From the NCBI RefSeq assembly GCF_009914755.1, contig NC_060925.1: a stretch of DNA of 64,000 nucleotides, one strand, 5' to 3'. Numbering within the stretch: position 1 is the stretch's first letter; the number at the start of each line of letters is the position of its first letter. Positions 14,880 through 37,782 of this stretch are shown one piece after another. The notes beneath the pieces are model-generated. The model did no database searches. It was not told the origin of the DNA and was given only the letters and a program-made list of their open reading frames with translations. This stretch comes from the human T2T-CHM13v2.0 reference genome, Homo sapiens. Position numbers and translations under genes: made by a program.

Positions 14880-16380
14880 ATCACTGCATTTCATTCAAAG
14901 AATGTTAAAATTATGTTTACTTGCTGTCTATCCCATAAACCTATATCTTTTTCATTTAATTTTGTAGCTAAATGTTTGAGAGAGCTGTCCATATTTATTG
15001 TCTCCATTTCTTCATACATTCTCCATCCTCCAACTCACTCCTTCATCCACATGACCTGGCTTGAACTCCTACCACCCACCAGGTCACTAAAAGTGCACTC
15101 ACGAAAGCCTCTCAAGACCTCCATGTCACTACATGCTTTAATTATCTTTGACCTAGGTAGCAGTTGGCAGTATTAGTCCCTCCACCCTGTTAAAAAAGAC
15201 TTCGCTCTTTGGTTTCATGACACTGCATTTTCTTTTTTTTTTTTTTTTTCCTATCTCTGTGGCTAGTCCCTCTCATCCTCCTTTGTGGGCCTCTTATCCT
15301 CTACCTGGCCTTTAAATGTAGGGATTTCTCAGAGCCTTATCCTAATCTCTCTTCTCATGGCCTCCCTGAGAAATCACATCTTCTCCTACCATTCTGGTTA
15401 TCACCTGTAGACTGATGACACCTTAATCCGTACTTCCATATTCCTCTCTTGAGTCTCTTACCAATATACCACACTACCTACCTGACATCTCTGCTTGGAT
15501 GCTTTCCAGACACTTCTAGCTTAATGTTTCCCAGGCTAAACTCATCATCTCCCTTATCCAGCCAAATCTTCCTAAACTGTTTCTCCTCCTATGGTCCCTA
15601 TCTTCAGTAAATGACATCATCCCTTCTGTTGTTCATGCCAGAAAATCTGGGAATCATCCAGGACTCCTCCTTCTCTTTTACTCTCCACATCTAGTCAACC
15701 ACAAAGCTAAATTGATTCAATCTTCCATTATCCCTGAAAACCATCCACTTGTTTTATCACTACTGTTACCAACCCAATCCATCATTAGCTGTAGCCTAAG
15801 GCATATTGCAAAAACATCCAAATAATTTTCATCCTCTCCAAAATATTCCCCATTCAGCAGCAAGACTGATCTTTCTAAACTGCCAATCTGATCATGTCCT
15901 GCCCCCATTTAATCATTTTAATTTATTTCCATTGTCATTAGAATCAAGTCCTACTCTTTAGCTTGGTTTATAAGGCTCACCTCAATAATCTCTCCAATCA
16001 CTTTCTCCTCAGAATTTAATGCTTCAATTATGTTGGCCTTTTCTCATCAAAGATGAAATGTTCTCTCTCATTTTTTTGGCCTTCAAGCACATTCTGTTTC
16101 AGCTCTTAGTACAAACAATACTTCCTAAGGAAGGTCTCTTATCCTTGGTGTATATGAAGTCTTAAATTCTATGTAGTATTTAAATTATAACTGTTATTAC
16201 AAAGTTCTCATTATAACAGTTATCATACTTTACTAGAGCTACATATTTAATGTTTAGCATAGTAGACTATAAGCTATGAGACTATGAAACATATCTCTCT
16301 TGTCACTGTTATGTTTTAATGCCTTGCATAGTTCCTGGTTCATTTTAACTACTCAGTAAGCATTTATTGATAAGCAGAAG
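14880..16380 (+). mobile_element. L2 LINE long 3' fragment
   Basis: CT-rich L2 ORF relic (ctgatgaca, cctgacatctctgcttggatg, aaactcatcatct, atctgatcatgtc) ending in an actcagtaagcatttattga-type 3' end. Confidence 0.6.
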
Positions 16381-17262
16381 GAGGGAAGAAAGAGAGGAGG
16401 GAGAAAAAGAAGAAATAATACTCAATCAGTCTTGGGTGAATTACAAGAAAGGAGAAAAACAGGACATTTGTTTAATAACACACTTCAGACTTTAAAAAGT
16501 ATTTACACATTCAGTTCACATTTGTTTCTTATAACAACGCTGGGAGGAAGTATTATTATGTACTTTTTACAGTGAGAAAACAGGATAATGAAAGAGGTAG
16601 CATGGCTCATCATGTTATTTCTTCCACCCGGAATCCCATTTCCTTAATTTTATCCACTTTCCATTCCTTGAGATATAGCTGAAATATCACCTGGTCCTTA
16701 GCATGTCTCCTTTTCCCCTCGTGGCCTTAATAGTATAATTTTCTTCCTCTTCTCTAATCCCACTGCATGCTTTATGTGCTACTGATTCTTAGCACAATGT
16801 TCTCTACATTGTACCTGTTTATTTTTGTGTTTCATTCCAACCTCTAAAAAAGTAAAATCTTTAAAGAAATAATCCTAATCAACTGATATTAATCACCCCA
16901 AGATCTAGCACAGAGTAGATGATCAATAAAAATATGTTAAATGGAAGCCATCTCTAACAGCTAGTCCAATCTTTTCAATCTGCTATAATGAAAAAGCCAA
17001 TCCAATAAGTTATTTCAGATTATCCAAAGGCCACACAATAGCATGCTACTCCTTGCTTCTTTTTGTCTCCTTCTTCCAACATCCCCATGCATGGAATGTG
17101 AGAGGAACAGTAAACTTGGAATCATGTGATTTCTGGCTGGTGCTACCACTTACTAGTAATGTAAATACTCCTAGCTTCAGTTTCTGCAGAGGTGAAGATA
17201 CAGTTCTTAGTTGTCTTGCAATGCCAGTTCCTAGCAGTGCCTAGCACACAGTAATGAACACG

Positions 17263-17415
17263 GTTAAGAAATATTAATGAGTTATGAGACTTGGATACTG
17301 TTAAGAAATATTAATGAGTTATGAGCATCAGAAACCTGATGCTACAGAGCCCTAACCACAATCCTTAAGAAGTCTAATATGTAATTATTTAATCCTTAGG
17401 AAGTCTAATATGTAA
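17263..17415. repeat. Two adjacent short interrupted direct duplications around an 8-bp hairpin
   Basis: 26-mer at 17263-17288 and 17300-17325; 25-mer (1 mismatch) at 17360-17384 and 17391-17415; agcatcag-aaac-ctgatgct at 17324-17343. Confidence 0.9.
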
Positions 17416-17698
17416 ATAAAATTGGAGTGAACTAAAACAGGCAGAAAACTTCTGAATCTTCCAGCTTCTCCATTTGCTGCTAGATGTCTCCTCAAGGCAG
17501 AACAGCCTTGAATGGCCACATATTTACATAATGGTTTTCCAGTTGTATCTTGTGTTAATTTGCTTTCTATAACTAATTAACTACCGGTCTATGCTAAGAC
17601 TTGAAGGCCTTGGTACCTGTTACAGCCCCCTATGAGAGGTGAAGAAGAATGTTTGTTTCATCTTGAAAAGGTGAAAAAAGGGTGTTTTCCCAATTTTT

Positions 17699-17766
17699 AT
17701 ACATATATATATATATACACACACATACATATATATATATACACACACATACATACATATATGTAT
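17699..17766. repeat. Compound (TA)n/(CA)n microsatellite
   Basis: Seen directly. Confidence 0.9.
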
Positions 17767-19937
17767 TTTAAATTATATATATAATATCCAGGAAATTTCA
17801 GATTTTTAGTGTTTATCCTAAAGTAAGAATTTTTCCATGACTTATTTGGAATATCGAAGGAGGTAATACCCTAGACAAGTAAAGTATTACAAACTTTTTT
17901 TGTTATAGTGCTTGCCTTGGTATTGGGAAAGCTAGAATTAGAAAGACACTGGAGAAGATACTATAAATTTGAGATCTACGAGGTATTTTTCAGGTTTGAG
18001 TTAGGTCATTGCCAAGATTCCTAAATTGGGATAGACTCCTTGGAGCCAATAAAATCTAATATTCTGAGAGCCCATAGCCAATTCCTTATCAAACCCTGGG
18101 AACATTTAGGATAATGGCTGCTGGGAGATAGGTTTGGGTGTAGGTAACTGACTCAAAGCATAAAAGGAAGTCCTAGACATAGAGCACCAAGGTGGAAGAA
18201 AAGATGTTCAAAATTCAACAGTAGCAAGGAGAATAACAATTATGATTTGTAGAGATTAGTTAATAAAAATTCTAAATATAAAGTTCCCTTTTGGAACAGA
18301 TCTTTTATAGCATATTCATCCTGTATCCCAATATCTACAACAGTGCATAGCACATGAAGGTGCTCAATAAAGTCCTATGAAGTAAAAAAAAAAATCTAAA
18401 CATCTGGCTTGAGGAAAGGAAACTCTGAAGCAATGTAAGTAGCTTTGTATCCAAGTTCTGGGGATGGTAAGGTAAAAAATAGGAGATATTACGTATACAG
18501 TGTGATGTGCTATGGTACCTTATGCCTAAGTGGCTTAATAAACTACAACAAACTCAATTCTGAAACTTTAGGCTCTTTCAGACCATTAGAGGAGTCCAAT
18601 GACTGGATAACGGCTGCTGCTGATTGCCTGCCAACATTGCATAAGAGCACCAACTTAATTCTAAAGCATCATAATCCAAAAGCAAGGACCCAATAAAATT
18701 TCAAAATCTTATCAAGAGCCCTAGCAGAGAAGACACAACATAGTTCATGAGAAAAAAGAAGCAAAGTGAAATAATTAAGGCTTATGCATCTTCAAAAGCA
18801 CAAAAAAGGATTCTAGAACTTAACATTTGGGAAAAATGGATGGTGATTATTATTGCTGTACAAGATCCCAACACAGAATATGGAAAAATATATACAATGT
18901 CATTTCGAAGGCCCTCATGAGCAAATCAACAGTGATGTCCTGTTACTTGCAAGGTTTAAAGTACTAATCTATATATATGCCTATTAACAGAGAAATGATT
19001 TCTATTATTATCTACTTGGGCTGGAACCAGAGACTCAAAGCAAAGGCCTACCCCTTGCCCAGAAAGACTGAGAGAAGGAGCAGCAGATTAGTTGATTTGA
19101 TACAGGAAAGCAAAAAATCATGCCCAAGGAGATATTTTCACCTTTCATAAACAGTGTTTATTATTGTCATCAAATGCCTACACTTTTATAAACCTGAGCT
19201 TCTCAGCCCAACATTAATAGAAAATTGCCAAGTATCATTTGGAGATAAAAGCGCAATTCAGTATTTATGAATTTCTAGTTTGCTATAAATATAGACATTT
19301 GGAGACTATCTTCTCACTAGTCATTAATATTTGAACAGAGATCAAAGCTATAACAATATTAACAATTCGTTGCATTTGTATAGGGTTTTATATAATACTA
19401 TTAATAATAGATGCCATTTATTGAGCACTTAGTAAGTGCCAGGCAAAACTTTACATGTAAATTCTCATAACAAATTCAGTTCATCTTAACAGGCATTCAC
19501 TTAACACCTACTGTGTGATAGATGAATAGGTTAATAATACTAGGTTTTTGTCTTTGAAGTCTTTCATTTTGTTGTACTCAATCAATACTTGCTGAATGAA
19601 TAAATGAATGAATGAATTGGCTGAAAAGGTATTACAGGGTAACATAAATAACACAGGGCACTCCCTTACTCTTTATGGTCTTAACAAAGTACTTAACTTA
19701 TCCTAGCCTCAATTTTTTCATCTGTAATATAGGGATACTTAAAATTTCCTTTGCAAAAATGTGGAAATAGTAACAACAAATATAAAGCATCTGACCCAAA
19801 TGGATTTTTAATAAGTGAGGTAGTTATTATTACTAGTATTATTAATATTATTATTACCATCATTATTACAATTATTAACCAATCCTATCCAACTCCCCTC
19901 CTCCTCACTATAGCAATGGTACAAATAGAACTTTAAA

Positions 19938-19939
<2 letters not shown>

Positions 19940-19976
<37 letters not shown>
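19940..19976. repeat. (CA)n microsatellite
   Basis: About 18 CA units, seen directly. Confidence 0.95.
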
Positions 19977-19979
<3 letters not shown>

Positions 19980-20449
19980 CACAAAAACCATGCAAAGCAA
20001 GAGAAAGCTACTGAACTGTAGTCCCTAATGTCCTCCTAAGTTACTAAACATAATCTATGCTTAGGCTAGGAAAAAAAAAAAGAACCAACTTTATTTATGT
20101 TTCCAAAGATACCATAATAAAAGCCAAACAGGACAGGAAGCTTACCAAATAACAGACTGCCTTTTCTCATAATTGAATGCTGGTCATCCCAAGCACAGGA
20201 CCATGTTTCCAACATTCTCAAGAACAGTACCCAAAGAATGGCCATACAGAAACTCATCCTCATTCTTCTCAGTGACAGTAAGTCTGATCCCCAGCTGTAC
20301 AGCAGATAAACTAGAGTTCTGGGTAAAATTTTCTTTTAAAAATTTTTATTTTTAATTTTTTTTGGGGGTCCATTAGTAGGTGTGTATATGTATGGGGTCT
20401 GGGACAAATTTTCTAACCAGGAAGGGGTCCCATTCTGTAGATCACTTAC

Positions 20450-20544
20450 CATTTTGGTCTGCTGGTAGATTTCACCATAGGGGCCATCCCATCTCTATAG
20501 AGACTCTTGGTTTTACTGAAGTTAACAATGTTGAAAATGACCCT
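20450..20544 (-). CDS. AGBL4: Internal 95-nt coding exon of AGBL4 / cytosolic carboxypeptidase 6 (probably exon 4); phase 0 in, phase 2 out
   Basis: Minus strand: polypyrimidine cttctccctctttctttttcag|AGGGTCATT...CCAAAATG|gtaagt, canonical acceptor and consensus donor. Translation RVIFNIVNFSKTKSLYRDGMAPMVKSTSRPK(W) matches the CCP6 N-terminal region as I recall it. Not listed in the ORF track. Confidence 0.95.
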
Positions 20545-20714
20545 CTGAAAAAGAAAGAGGGAGAAGTTCATCTTTATGCTATGCAAATTGTAACTTCCTG
20601 ATAATTAAGACAGGAAATAAGAAACAGGGTTAAAGAAAGCCATATGGACTAGCAGGCAACTGTATAGTGAGAGTACACAGTGCTCATGAGAATGTAATGT
20701 GTTTGTGCCAGCTA

Positions 20715-20955
20715 AGCATAGCAATTAAGCATTAGCTCTGGAACCTGGAAACTTGAATTTTAGAACCAACTCTACTGCTTTTCAATTGTGTGGCCTTGCC
20801 AAGCTACTAAAGATCTGTTTCAGTGTCCTGATCTGAAAAATGTGAATAATAACAGTACCTACTTCACAGGACTCTGATGATAATTAAATTAATATATGTA
20901 CAGTATTTGGTACCATACTTGGTACACAATGAATGTCACATAAGTTTTAGTTATT
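20715..20955 (+). mobile_element. MIR SINE
   Basis: ttaagcattagctctgga...tgtgtggccttg..caag...tctgtttcagtgtcctgatctgaaaaatg..aataataacagtacctac. Confidence 0.65.
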
Positions 20956-22989
20956 AAGTGTATCCTTTCTCTTGGCTGACCTAGAATTTACATAGAAGTA
21001 AATCATATTATCATCAGGGTAAGAGTAGTACATTTAAAGTTCAAAAACACTAAAAATATTAACTAAGAACAAAATTGCTATTAAAACATTCTACAACTAC
21101 TTGAAACCCCTTTGACTAGAACTGAAGGATATACATCCTCTTTCGTACCCTCTTTGTTATTTTCTACTAGGGGTCGGGGTACTAGGCTCAACTATAATCT
21201 CAGCATACGTTTATAGCGCCATAAGTACTTGGGTAAATCTCTCCCCATCTCTGGGTCTTATCTTTAAAATGAGTGATTATGACATTCTAGATGCCTTTCC
21301 AAGAGGATAGTATAATTTTAAAAGCTCAGATCTTTGTTTCAGCAAACAACTTTGTTATAAGAGGGGAGGGAAGATTGTGAAAGAGAAGAGAAATATGATA
21401 AAAAGACACTTCAAACCACTGAAATAGTCCAAAGGAGAGATGATGAGAGCTACGGGTAGAGCAGCCAGAATAGCTGGAGAGAAGAAAAGATTTCAAGAGG
21501 TTACCACAGGCTAGCCTTTCTTTCCAGGGACAGTGAAAAAAACAAAACCATCAAAATTCATGTATTATTTTATTCAACAAGTATTTACTGCGTGAGGTAT
21601 TATATAGTATCAAGTGACAGTAATTGTACATACTTTTTTAAACATTGGAAATATTCTTCTATAACCATAAAAATAAATATTAACACCCTCATTTAATAAA
21701 TGTAGACACTATGGCTCAGAGAGGTTACCTAACTTGATTGAAGTCATACTAGTAGATGACAGAATTGATACTTGAATTCAGGGGATAAACAGATAAGATG
21801 TCCATGATTTTTACTCTTGAGTTAATCACTAAGATTCCAAAATTCCATAACCCTAAACAAGTCTATTTTCCAAGGGCAAAAAATAAATTTAATGGTAATT
21901 ATTCAAGTCTTTAAAATTTTGTTTTGTTAAAAAGAGAAAATCAAAAGTATATCCTCTGGCCTCATGTTTAGGACTATAATAAAATGCTTTGTTCCATGAA
22001 ATAAGCTTTTAGGGATAACTTGTGTTTTCCTTTCTCCTCAGAGACCAGCCATTTACCGCATCTCTAGGCCTTTTGGTTTCAGACCTCTCTTCTGTCATTA
22101 AATTAAGTCATCAAGAATGTCCAAGGCTGTTCCATTATTAATAACCTAGACTTGCCTTTTGTCAATTCAATTACTTCTCTCAGGGTCTTGGCTAGTATCT
22201 GATTTAAGAAAATCAATATTGAGGGGACAAATGGCCTTTGAACCTCAGAGGGCATAAGCCCCCCCTTTTTTTTCTGAGATTCCAGTTGTCAGATCCATTT
22301 CCAGTGAACCTGGAAGCCATACTGCACTTTCAGGTTCTAGATTATTGATAAATACAGAGAGAAAGCTAATAAAGCAATGATGTAAATATGTGAAGCTGGA
22401 ATAAAGAAATGAGAAATAAAGTGAAACATGCACTGATCATTAACATCCTACTGTGTGCCTAGGAAATTTCCCAGGTATTTTAAATATGCTACATTATTTG
22501 TTTACTCCATTTATAAACAAAAGTTGTTTATTTTAGCCCGATTTTAGATGTGAGGAAATTGACACTTAAACAAAGTGGCTTGCCCTCCAAAAATCCCCAA
22601 ACTATTGGTAGAGCTAGGACTTAAATCTTAGGTGTTTTGGCCATAAAGATCATACCTTCTCTATAATATTACATGGAAACAGTAACATCATTTCTTACCA
22701 TTCCCTGTTCAAGTATTTTTTATGTTTTCCAGCCATTTAGCAACATCGCTTGTGGTGGAGAGATTCAAAATTATAAGAAAGCAGACAGCGCAGGAAACCC
22801 TGAATTTCCATATTTTGTACTTAATCATTAGTTTTTACTCAAAATGAATAAGAAGATGTGGCATCCATAAGATAATGGTAACCACGAAAATAATAATAAT
22901 TTCTGAGCACACACTATGTACCATATTCTGAATTAAACACTTCATTCACATTAGAACAATGTTTTATATATTAGAATAACCTAATTGTA

Positions 22990-23060
22990 AATTAGAATCA
23001 CTAGTATAGCTTTTAAAATGACAGATGCTTGGGCCCCACCCCAGATATTCTGATATTGAT
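22990..23060. mobile_element. MER5A-like hAT MITE fragment
   Basis: attagaatcac...cttttaaaa...cagatgcttgggccccaccccagatattctgat. Confidence 0.55.
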
Positions 23061-23911
23061 GCATTATCTCATTTGTTTTGAGGATAATGAATTTTTTGAG
23101 ACAGGAACTATTTGTCACCTCTTGTTTACAGATGAGGGACTGGTAATGTGATTAAGTAAACTAAAATCATATAACTAATAAGTAGCAGAGCTAGTATTTA
23201 AACCAAGTCTGTTGCCTCAGAGGAATAAGATTATAGACTTTTTAGCCAGTTACCCTTGAGATTGAATCCCAGTTCCCTACACGTTCTGCGAGTTTAGGAA
23301 AGGTAATTATTCTTTTTTTTTTGGACATTGTTTACATCCAAAATTGAGATGGTGACAGTATCCTACCACAGTTGTTGTAAGAATCTGTAAGATTATATAA
23401 GTAAATCACCTGGCATATTGTATCTAGATCTAAACAGGTGTTCAATATTTATTGAGCGTTTCCTCTTCTCATCAATAAAGCCAGATCTTTTGGTACATTA
23501 CAATGTCTTTCCTTCTTTCTTTTTATTTTTTCTTTAGATTTAAATTTTTAACCTGAGCTTCTTGTTTCAGTAATACGGTGCTCTATATCAGAGCTCTGTA
23601 AATAGTGACCACAGTACACTGTTAGTCTAAGAGTAGGTATAACCTTCAAGGCAGTCATATGTGAGGAATGGAGTACTGCCCATCCTGACCAAGGGGCTCA
23701 TGGTGCTACTGAAAATGTGAAAGCTCCATTCCAGGTATAGGCCAAAGAGTGGTCCAATGTGGGTAAAGGTATCGTGAACAGCCTGCGTGCAGTCCTAAAG
23801 AGTGGCCTTGATTCTGTCTTGTCATATATGCAATACTTTTGTCCAATCATAAGTACATTTCCCATTTAATATTGTTCACGTTAGTTGCAGGGACTATTCT
23901 AATGGGATTAT

Positions 23912-24936
23912 AACAAGCTAAAAAAGCTTATGCACAGCAATGAAAACCACTAACAAAATGAAGAGACAACCTCCAGAATGGGAGAAAATATTTGTAGACT
24001 ATCCATCCTACAAGGGATTAATAAACAGAATATATAAGGAACTCAAACAACTCAATAGCAAACAAAAAAAATTAAAAAATGGGAAAAAGACCTGAATAGA
24101 CATTTATCAAAAAGAAGACATATAAATGGACAATAGGTATATGAAAACATTATCAACATCATTAATCATCAAAAAATGCAAATCAAAACCACAATGAGGT
24201 ATCATCTCACTGCAATTAGAATGGCTATTATCAAAAAGACAAAAAATAAAATATGTTGGTGAGGATGTAGAAAAAAAGGAACACTCATATATTGTTGGTG
24301 AGAATGGAAAGTAGTACAGGCATTATGGAATACTGTATACAAGTTCCTCAAAATACTAAAAAGAGAACTGCCATGTGATCTAGCAATCTCATCACTGGGC
24401 ATTTATCCAAAGGAAAGGAAATCAGTACATCAAAGAGGTATCTGCACTCCCATGCTTACTGCAGCATTATTCACAATAGTCAGGATATGGAATCAACCTA
24501 AGTGTGGATCAATGGATGAATGGATAAAAAATGGAATATTATTCAAAAATACATACACAATGAAATGTTATTCAAAAAACAAATTAAATCCTGTCATTTG
24601 CAGCAATGGAATGAAACTGGTGGTCACAACATTAAGTGAAACAATCCAGGCATAGAAAGATAAATATTGCATGTTTTCACTCAGATGTGGGAGCTAAAAA
24701 AGTAGATTTCATAGAGGTAGAGAATAGAATGCTGATTACCAGAGGCCAGTAAGGAAGTTGGAGGATTAAGAGAAGTTAATTAATGGGTACAAAAATACAG
24801 ATGGATAGAAGGAATAAATTTTAGTATTTGATAGTACAGTAGGAAAATTATAGTTAATGACAATTTATTATATATTTCAAAATAGGTAGAACAGAATTAT
24901 AATGTTCCCAACACAGAGAAAAGAGAAATGTTTGAG
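23912..24936 (+). mobile_element. L1MA-like 3' fragment (left part; resumes at 30874-31010)
   Basis: End of ORF2 plus L1MA 3' UTR, broken at aaatgtttgag by the younger L1. Confidence 0.8.
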
Positions 24937-24937
24937 G

Positions 24938-30873
<5,936 letters not shown>

Positions 30874-31010
30874 AAAAGATAAATGTTTGAGGTAATGTAT
30901 ATCTTAATTACCCTGATTAGATCATTATACATTCTATACATATATCAAAACATCACATATACAACCAAAAAATGTACAGTTGTAATATATCAAATAAAAA
31001 ATTATATAAA
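30874..31010 (+). mobile_element. L1MA-like 3' end (right part)
   Basis: aaatgtttgaggtaatg..atcttaattaccctgatt.gatcattatacatt...A-rich end. Confidence 0.75.
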
Positions 31011-31014
31011 ATTC

Positions 31015-31859
31015 AAAAAGGCATTTATTGATACAAAGTCAATACTTAAAAATCAATTGTATATCTATATACTAACAGTAAACAATTAGAAAATAAAATT
31101 TTATTGTGATACCAATTATGATAGTATCAAATATCAGATACCTATAAATAAATGTAATCAAAAGTGCAAGACTTCAAAACGCAAAACTATAAAACATTGT
31201 TGAGACAAATCAGGGTGTTAAGTAAATGGAAAAATCTATCATAGACATAGATCGAAGATTCATTATTAAAATCTATGTAATTCACTAAAAACCCATTGGA
31301 AGTGTCTGTGTCTATGTGTGTTTATGCATGTAAAAGTTGATAATTTAATCAGAACGTTTATATAGGAGTGCAGAAGGCCAAGAAAAGCAGCAACAGAGTT
31401 TTAGATAGCAAGACTTACTGTAATGTTATAGTAATTAAAACAATTTAGTTTACATTGCTGTGGATTTGTATAGCTAGACCGATGGATCACAACAAAGAGC
31501 CTGGGAATAGACGCAATACATATTAAAAACAATATCGTAGATCAGATGAAAATTTGAACTATAAATGAATGGTCCTGGATCAATGGGTCATCCATATGGA
31601 ACAAACCAAGCTGGGTCTCTACCTAGCACCAAATACAGAAATAAAACCCAAATAGATTAGGAAATAAAATGCACAAAGCAAAACACAGCAGATTAGTTTA
31701 TGGACTCAAAGTATGTACAGTTTTTTTTTTTACAAAAAGCACAGAAGCATTAATTATGAAGGAAAAGATAGACATATTTGAGTATTTTACAAAAAAAAAT
31801 ACTATGCAAAACGATACCACAGAAAAATGAAAATGAAAGTCAATGATTGAAAAAAAAAT
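31015..31859 (+). mobile_element. Ancient L1M ORF2 relic (host of the L1PA3; resumes at ~38051-38990)
   Basis: Degenerate ORF2 3' motifs run collinearly across the L1PA3 insertion. Confidence 0.6.
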
Positions 31860-32499
31860 AGAACCACTGCTCTCTTCAAAGCTGTCAGACAGGGACATTT
31901 AAGTCTGCAAAGGTTACTGCTGTCTTTTTGTTTGTCTGTGCCCTGCCCCCAGAGGTGGAGCCTACAGAGGCAGGCAGGCCTCCTTGAGCTGTGCTGGGCT
32001 CCACCCAGTTCGAGTTTCCTGGCTGCTTTGTTTACGTAAGCGAGCCTCAGCAATGGCGGGCGCCCCTCCCCCAGCCTCGCTGCCGCCTTGCAGTTTGCTC
32101 TCAGACTGCTGTGCTAGCAATCAGCGAGACTCCGTGAGCATAGGACTCTCCTAGCCAGGTGCGGGATATAATTCTCCTGGTGCGCCGTTTCCTAAGCCCG
32201 TCAGAAAAGCGCAGTATTCGGGTGGGAGTGACCCGATTTTCCAGGTGCTGTCACCCCTTTCCTTGACCAGGAAAGGGAACTCCCTGACCTCTTGCACGTC
32301 CCGAGTGAGGCAATGCCTCGCGCTGCTTTGGCTCATGCACGGTGCGCTGCACCCACTGTCCTGCGCCCACTGTCTGGCACTCCCCAGTGAGATGAACCCG
32401 GTACCTCAGATGGAAATGCAGAAATCACCCATCTTCTGCGTCACTCACGCTGGGAGCTGTAGACCAGAGCTGTTCCTATTCGGCCATCTTGGCTCCTCC
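31860..32499 (-). promoter_or_regulatory. Inverted CpG-rich L1 5' UTR: sense promoter on minus strand, antisense promoter on plus strand
   Basis: L1 start GGAGGAGCCAAGATGGCCG with intact YY1 motif reads on minus from 32499; many CpGs kept; plus-strand ORF0 ATG at 32053 stops early at TAG 32152-32154. Confidence 0.75.
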
Positions 32500-32633
32500 A
32501 GCACGGAGCTGGAGATCTGAGAACAGGCAGACTGCCTCCTCTAGAGGGTCCCTGACCCCTGATCCCTGAGCAGCCTAACTGGGAGGCACCCCCCAGTAGG
32601 GGCAGACTGACACCTCACACGGCTGGGTACTCC

Positions 32634-32754
32634 TCTGAGACAAAACTTCCAGAGGAACGATCAGACAGCAGCATTTGCAGTTCATGAAAATCCACGGTTC
32701 TGCAGACCCCACTGCTGATAGCCAGGCAAACAGGGTCTGGAGTGAACCTCTAGC
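32634..32754 (+). promoter_or_regulatory. L1 5' UTR segment corresponding to the ~129-bp ZNF93-binding region
   Basis: 121 nt present here and absent at the equivalent site (57979/57980) of the other young L1; identity as the ZNF93 region is from established L1PA3 biology. Confidence 0.75.
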
Positions 32755-32879
32755 AACAGACCTGCAGCTGAGGATCCTGTCTGTTGAAAGGAAAACTAAC
32801 AAACAGAAAGGACATCCACACCAAAAACCCATCTGTACATCACCATCACCAAAGACCAAAAGTACATAAAACCACAAAG

Positions 32880-33896
32880 ATGAGGAAAAAACAGAGCAGA
32901 AAAAATGGAAACTCTAAAAAGCAGAGCGCCTCTCCTCCTCCAAAGGAACGCAGTTCCTCACCAGCAACGGAACAAAGCTGGATGGAGAATGACTTTGATG
33001 AGTTGAGAGAAGAAGGCTTCAGACGATCAAACTACTCCGAGCTACAGAAGGAAATTCGAACCAAAGGCAAAGAAGTTGAAAAATTTGAAAAAAATTTAGA
33101 CGAATGTATAACTAGAATAACCAATATAGAGAAGTGCTTAAAGGAGCTGATGGAGCTGAAAGCCAAGGCTCGAGAACTACGTGAAGAATGCAGAAGCCTC
33201 AGGAGCCGATGCGATCAACTGGAAGAAAGGGTATCAGTGATGGAAGATGAAATGAATGAAATGAAGTGAGAAGGGAAGTTTAGAGAAAAAAGAATAAAAA
33301 GAAACAAACAAAGCCTCCAAGAAATATGGGACTATGTGAAAATACCAAATCTGTGTCTGATTGGTGCACCTGAAAGTGACGGGGAGAATGGAACCAAGTT
33401 GGAAAACACTCTGCAGGATATTATCCAGGAGAACTTCCCCAATCTAGCAAGGCAGGCCAACGTTCAGATTCAGGAAATACAGAGAATGCCACAAAGATAC
33501 TCCTTGAGAAGAGCAACTCCAAGACACATAATTGTCAGATTCACCAAAGTTGCAATGAAGTAAAAAATCTTAAGGGCAGCCAGAGAGAAAGGTCGGGTTA
33601 CCCACAAAGGGAAGCCCATCAGACTAAGAGCGGATCTCTCAGCAGAAACTCTACAAGCCAGAAGAGAGTGGGGGCCAATATTCAACATTCTTAAAGAAAA
33701 TAATTTTCAACCCAGAATTTCATATCCAGCCAAACTAAGATCCATAAGTGAAGGAGAAATAAAATACCTTACAGACAAGCAAATGCTGAGAGACTTTGTC
33801 ACCACCAGGCCTGCCCTAAAAGAGCTCCTGAAGGAAGCACTAAACAAGGAAAGGAGCAACCAGTACCAGCCACTGCAAAATCATGCCAAAATGTAA
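32880..33896 (+). pseudogene. L1 ORF1, full 338-codon span with premature stops
   Basis: ATG 32880 to TAA 33896 = 1017 nt; in-frame stops at 33267-33269 (CGA>TGA) and 33561-33563. Confidence 0.92.
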
Positions 33897-33935
33897 AGAC
33901 CATCGAGACTAGGAAGAAACTGCATCAACTAATGA

Positions 33936-37782
<3,847 letters not shown>

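Noticed and set aside
17263-17415. Repeat-spacer-repeat pattern resembling CRISPR
   Set aside because: Two different units with two copies each, very short spacers, eukaryotic context, no cas genes
18445-18960. Non-repetitive-looking stretches (also ~23640-23910 and ~53000-53300) that might be very old LINE/LTR relics or conserved elements
   Set aside because: I could not assign a family or reading frame by eye; needs Dfam nhmmer and conservation tracks
20143-20300. Possible cryptic minus-strand exon ending in TTG|gtaagc near 20149
   Set aside because: Weak acceptor and no recognisable CCP6 peptide
20545-20600. Alternative upstream acceptor (ttatcag|G at 20597) for the AGBL4 exon
   Set aside because: Would add 53 nt and shift the frame; no support beyond the motif
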